From Candidatus Saccharimonadales bacterium (lineage in GTDB: Bacteria; Patescibacteriota; Saccharimonadia; Saccharimonadales; 2-12-FULL-41-12), in contig JBFIJM010000001.1 of NCBI GenBank assembly GCA_041600715.1, positions 673,701-737,700 on the forward strand: a stretch of 64,000 bases of DNA. Direction: 5' to 3'. The notes under the pieces were generated by a model that saw nothing but the letters and a program-made list of their open reading frames with translations, ran no database searches and was not told where the DNA came from. Position 1 is the stretch's first letter, and each line of letters begins with the position of its first letter. Made by a program: the position numbers and the translations under genes. Positions 60,743 to 64,000 of this stretch are shown here, piece by piece.

Positions 60743-61279
60743 ATGGCTAAAAATAATAAAAAGTATTTTGAAGACCAGCTGGATGACGAAGAATTGCTAT
60801 ACGTATTTCGTAAGCATCCTGTAGTTATGCGAAGAGGTTTGATTTATTCAATGCTGGCTATTTTGCTCGGTGTAATACCCTCGCTTATTAAGCCAGAATA
60901 TAGCTATTTGTTTGGCGGGCTGGCTATAGGCTTCTTATTATCCGCAATTGTATTTATGCCTTCATGGATTAGTTGGCACTACAGTGTATATATTGTCACT
61001 GACCAGAGGCTAATTCAGATTACGCAAAAGGGTTTATGGAGACGTAGTGTAGTGGATATTGGCTTGCAACAGATACAGATGGTTAATTATGAAGTATCAG
61101 GGCTTGAAGAGACTTTGCTCGGATTTGGTACAATAACCATGCAGACATTTGTAGGTGACTTGGTGATTCATGATGTTCATCACCCAGCTAAGACACAAAA
61201 AAAGCTACTTACAATATTAAGAGAGAAGGGCATTATTAGCTCTGTTCCTCAGTCAAAACAGGAAGATCAAACTGCATGA
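60743..61279 (+). CDS. membrane protein with a bacterial PH (YdbS/YdbT-like) domain
   Basis: The ATG at 60743 lies 7 nt after TATAAT (60730-60735). The pattern LLYVFRKHPVV, two TM helices, then HYSVYIVTDQRLIQI fits the bPH_2 architecture. Confidence 0.6.
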   Translation: MAKNNKKYFEDQLDDEELLYVFRKHPVVMRRGLIYSMLAILLGVIPSLIKPEYSYLFGGLAIGFLLSAIVFMPSWISWHYSVYIVTDQRLIQITQKGLWRRSVVDIGLQQIQMVNYEVSGLEETLLGFGTITMQTFVGDLVIHDVHHPAKTQKKLLTILREKGIISSVPQSKQEDQTA

Positions 61280-62316
61280 AGGATAAACTACATAAACTTA
61301 AGCCAAAACGCTTAAAAAACGACTCAGACCTAAGAAGACAACGAGTAACAAATGATAATATAGGCCAGCATCGTGAGGAGTTACTTAAAGGTGCCCGAAA
61401 GTATATTTATCCTCTTCAGCACACCAAACACCGCTTGGTGACGATTTCTATAGCTTTGTTCGTGGTATCACTAGTTAGCTTTTTTGCATTCTGTGCTTTT
61501 AGTCTTTATAAAACCAAGTCTACGTCTGATTTTTTGTATAAAGTCACAAAAGTAGTATCGTTCCCGATTGCTCGTATAGGTTCTGACTTCGTGGCTTATG
61601 AGAATTACCTTTTCGAAGTGAAGCACTACACCCATTATTATGAGACCCAGCAAGAGCTAGATTTCAACACCGAAGCAGGCCAGGCTCAATTAGAAGAGTT
61701 TCGTAAGCGCGCCCTGGACAAGGTTATAAATGACGCATACATAAAAGAAATTGCTAAAAAGCGTAATATTAGCGTCTCAAACCAAGAGGTCGAGGATGCG
61801 ATCACTGTTGTTCGTAATCAAAATAGACTAGGAAGTAGCGATCAAGAGTTTGAAGCTGTACTCAAAGATTTTTGGAACTGGTCCGTCAGTGACTTTAAGC
61901 GTAGCTTGCGTCTACAATTACTTACTCAGAAAGTTGTTTCTTCACTAGATACAGAGACACATGACCGAGCAAACTCGGCGTTAGCACAGCTAAAGAATGG
62001 TAAAGATTTTGGGCAGTTAGCCAAGGAAGTATCTGAGGACACCGCGACTAAAGACAATAATGGTGAGTACTTGCGGTTGATTGATCGCTCTAACCGAGAT
62101 ATTGCCCCAAAAACTATCGAGGCGCTCTTTAAATTAAAGCCAGGGGAATACTCGGATGTGGTAGATATGGGTTACGGCCTTGAGATAGTAAAAAATCTTG
62201 AAACAAAGGACAACCAAATAAGAGCGTCGCATATACTGTTTAATTTTAAAGATATAAACGAATACTTGAACGAGATAAAAGATCAAAAGAAGCCCCGTGC
62301 TTATGTTAACTTTTAA
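61276..62316 (+). CDS. membrane-anchored parvulin-type peptidyl-prolyl isomerase (PrsA/SurA-like)
   Basis: TM anchor, a SurA-N-like helical region and a parvulin-like C-terminal region (KDFGQLAKEVSEDTATKDNNGEY...GYGLEIVK...RASHILF). Confidence 0.7.
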   Translation: MKDKLHKLKPKRLKNDSDLRRQRVTNDNIGQHREELLKGARKYIYPLQHTKHRLVTISIALFVVSLVSFFAFCAFSLYKTKSTSDFLYKVTKVVSFPIARIGSDFVAYENYLFEVKHYTHYYETQQELDFNTEAGQAQLEEFRKRALDKVINDAYIKEIAKKRNISVSNQEVEDAITVVRNQNRLGSSDQEFEAVLKDFWNWSVSDFKRSLRLQLLTQKVVSSLDTETHDRANSALAQLKNGKDFGQLAKEVSEDTATKDNNGEYLRLIDRSNRDIAPKTIEALFKLKPGEYSDVVDMGYGLEIVKNLETKDNQIRASHILFNFKDINEYLNEIKDQKKPRAYVNF

Positions 62317-62328
62317 ACACCTTCTTTT

Positions 62329-62357
62329 TTGACAAACACCTCTGGTAGGCGTATAAA
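62329..62357 (+). promoter_or_regulatory. promoter TTGACA-N17-TATAAA
   Basis: The -35 is at 62329-62334 and the -10 at 62352-62357, about 33 nt upstream of the ATG at 62390. Confidence 0.6.
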
Positions 62358-62389
62358 TAAGGGTACATACAACCAAAAACAAAAACAGT

Positions 62390-64000
62390 ATGCCCAAAAT
62401 AAAAAAACAACCACCCAGAGCAAAGGCTTTGACCTCTGTTCAGAAACGATATTTATGCAATATCTTAACGTTTTTATTCCTTCATTCAGAACCATTTCGC
62501 CTAGACTTAGAGCAAAAATTTAATCCTCCCCGTCGACATAACCGTGTCTTAAAGAGAATTAGCAGAGCAGTTCATGATAGTTGGTCGGACTTAGCCTACG
62601 GTATAGATCGATTTGAGGAGTCTGTACTATTTCATAGGAGTTTAGCAGTTTTCGGTGTGGTTAGTTTGGTGGTATTAGCTCAAGTAATGTACCCGAGCGA
62701 CAGGGCACTACCGCTGAGCCGATTAAACGCTCACGGATATGTAGGATTTTCTAGCCAGAACGATATTCTGAAGAAATTCGAGGACTTTGATAGTCGGACT
62801 GTAACTGTGCATACCCACACAAAGAGCTTTACAACCTCTTATCGTGATCTCGGAGTAACCTTAAAACCTAGCGAAACTATCGATTCTGTAACCAGCTATT
62901 CTTTACGCCAAAAACTTATACCATTCTCGATATTCTTTGTAGGTAATCGCTCACATCAGGCAGTTAGAGAACTTAACGATGCACAGCTGAGTTTATTCGT
63001 ACAAGATGTTATTGCCCAAAGAGACAAATTGCCTGTGGACGCAATCGTAACACGTGAAGGTACAAAACTTTCAGTTAAGCCATCCGAGGACGGGTATGCC
63101 TATCAGTTTTCTGAACTTCGCTCTCAGATGATGCGCTCGGATTTACGGAACAAAGCACAGATTGTATTTGCGCCAACTATCTTGCCCCCTAGTTTGAATA
63201 CCACCGTAGCAACCATGGCTGTAGATCGTATGCAGGCCCGTATTAATAATCCGATAATGGTGAGTGGTGATGGAAAGATCATGAAGATCGAACCAGAAGT
63301 TATTGCCGAATGGGTAGATATAGTCTTGAAACCCGAGCAAAAAACAGTAGAACTAACCCTGAATAAAAAAAGGGTTGCAGATACTCTCAGGCCATTCGCT
63401 GTTTTAGTAGATAGCGCGCCTATACCAACGGTCTCCACACTGTTAAATGGTCTTCCGGCGGGCATGAAAGAAGGTGTGGTTGGAAAATCTCTGCAGTTTG
63501 ATGATCTAGTAGACAGAGTTGCGACTGCACCTCCTGCAACTTCCTCGATCGAGGCAAATGTTCTCATCATCCCCCCCAGCGAAGTAAAAGATCGCCGTTA
63601 CTCTAAGGACAATATGGGTCTCCAGACTCTACTGACCTACTACACTCAGACAAATCGGGGCGATTACAGTATCGACATCAGGTCACTTAACGGCCTAAAC
63701 GCGACATTTAATCCTCATAGGATCTATCCAAGTGTCGGTATATTTCGTGCATATTTAGCTCATACAGTTTATGGAGCTATATCAGCAGGGGCCCTAACAG
63801 AAGGCTCTGCTACTAGCACTGGCTTAAATGTACGACAATGCTTGGACAACATGATTCGTGATCTTGATGAGTCATGCACAAATGCTCTTGGCACCATCGT
63901 TGGATGGGGGGTTAATGACAGCTTACTGCGAGCGCAAGGATTCGAGAGTACTACTCTTACTCAGGGAGCTGGGCTCACCTCTGCAAACGATACTTCTGAT
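62390..64000 (+). CDS. membrane-anchored paralog of 35606-37303 (3' end lies outside the window)
   Basis: This ORF is not in the ORF track because it has no stop codon in the window. Manual translation from the ATG at 62390 is open to base 64000 (537 codons). It shows the same layout as 35606-37303: TM helix, MYPSD.. segment, then a beta-lactamase-like C-terminal domain (PSVGIFRAYLAH) in which the SxxK Lys is Ile. Confidence 0.65.
   Translation, partial: MPKIKKQPPRAKALTSVQKRYLCNILTFLFLHSEPFRLDLEQKFNPPRRHNRVLKRISRAVHDSWSDLAYGIDRFEESVLFHRSLAVFGVVSLVVLAQVMYPSDRALPLSRLNAHGYVGFSSQNDILKKFEDFDSRTVTVHTHTKSFTTSYRDLGVTLKPSETIDSVTSYSLRQKLIPFSIFFVGNRSHQAVRELNDAQLSLFVQDVIAQRDKLPVDAIVTREGTKLSVKPSEDGYAYQFSELRSQMMRSDLRNKAQIVFAPTILPPSLNTTVATMAVDRMQARINNPIMVSGDGKIMKIEPEVIAEWVDIVLKPEQKTVELTLNKKRVADTLRPFAVLVDSAPIPTVSTLLNGLPAGMKEGVVGKSLQFDDLVDRVATAPPATSSIEANVLIIPPSEVKDRRYSKDNMGLQTLLTYYTQTNRGDYSIDIRSLNGLNATFNPHRIYPSVGIFRAYLAHTVYGAISAGALTEGSATSTGLNVRQCLDNMIRDLDESCTNALGTIVGWGVNDSLLRAQGFESTTLTQGAGLTSANDTSD

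Noticed and set aside
63124-63570. A 148-aa minus-strand ORF near the window end.
   Set aside because: It is antisense to a 537-codon open plus-strand frame (62390-64000) that is a clear paralog of 35606-37303.
1-64000. The possibility of an alternative genetic code with UGA recoded, as in Gracilibacteria/SR1.
   Set aside because: TGA terminates well-defined genes, for example mutM at 12760-12762 and the prenyl synthase at 6410-6412. All conserved genes are full length under code 11.
1-64000. CRISPR arrays, transposases, prophage genes and restriction-modification or other recognisable defence systems.
   Set aside because: No regularly spaced direct repeats were seen, and no ORF has recognisable Cas, transposase, phage structural or methyltransferase/endonuclease signatures. 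The Cas2-like resemblance of 59442-59915 is limited to a short fold motif and there is no array nearby.

Overview
This is a gene-dense bacterial chromosome segment with about 69 protein genes, one tRNA, and no rRNA, CRISPR array or recognisable transposase. Most genes are core housekeeping genes: orn (truncated at the 5' edge), dnaG-rpoD, polA, mutM, holA, rpsT, truB, an ABC-F ATPase, rpsO-pnp, a UDG, RNase J, ftsK, rpsF-ssb-rpsR, efp, tlyA, ychF, ndk, a parvulin PPIase and tRNA-Arg(CCU). There is almost no biosynthetic capacity. Many proteins are membrane-anchored or secreted and belong to no family I recognise. TGA is used as a stop codon, so the standard code 11 applies. By inference only, this profile fits a reduced-genome Patescibacteria/CPR organism, probably Saccharibacteria-like. 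The accessory part of the window is 37.3-60 kb. There, a minus-strand operon (655-aa secreted protein, stand-alone aminoacyl-PG-synthase-like DUF2156 protein, ychF) diverges from a plus-strand block. That block holds a 170-aa anchor protein, a 1110-aa secreted protein and a complete secretin-less type IV pilus locus: pilM, pilN, a pilO-like gene, a 78-aa ORF, pilB, pilT, pilC, pilA, pilD, four prepilin-like genes and one non-pilin gene. The locus ends at a tyrosine recombinase and a small regulator-like gene bracketed by a perfect 26-bp inverted repeat. Other items worth a second look:
- an NrnA-like protein in which the DHH motif is replaced by NVE
- three beta-lactamase-like paralogs, two of which lack the catalytic Lys
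- a polyprenyl synthase plus phytoene/squalene synthase pair
- ribosomal protein S20 with a histone-H1-like tail
- a repeat-built in-frame insertion in truB
- a 470-bp non-coding region with a 21-bp perfect inverted repeat
- recurrent TATAAT-N7/8-ATG geometry suggesting leaderless mRNAs

All family assignments come from reading motifs in the supplied translations. No database search was possible.
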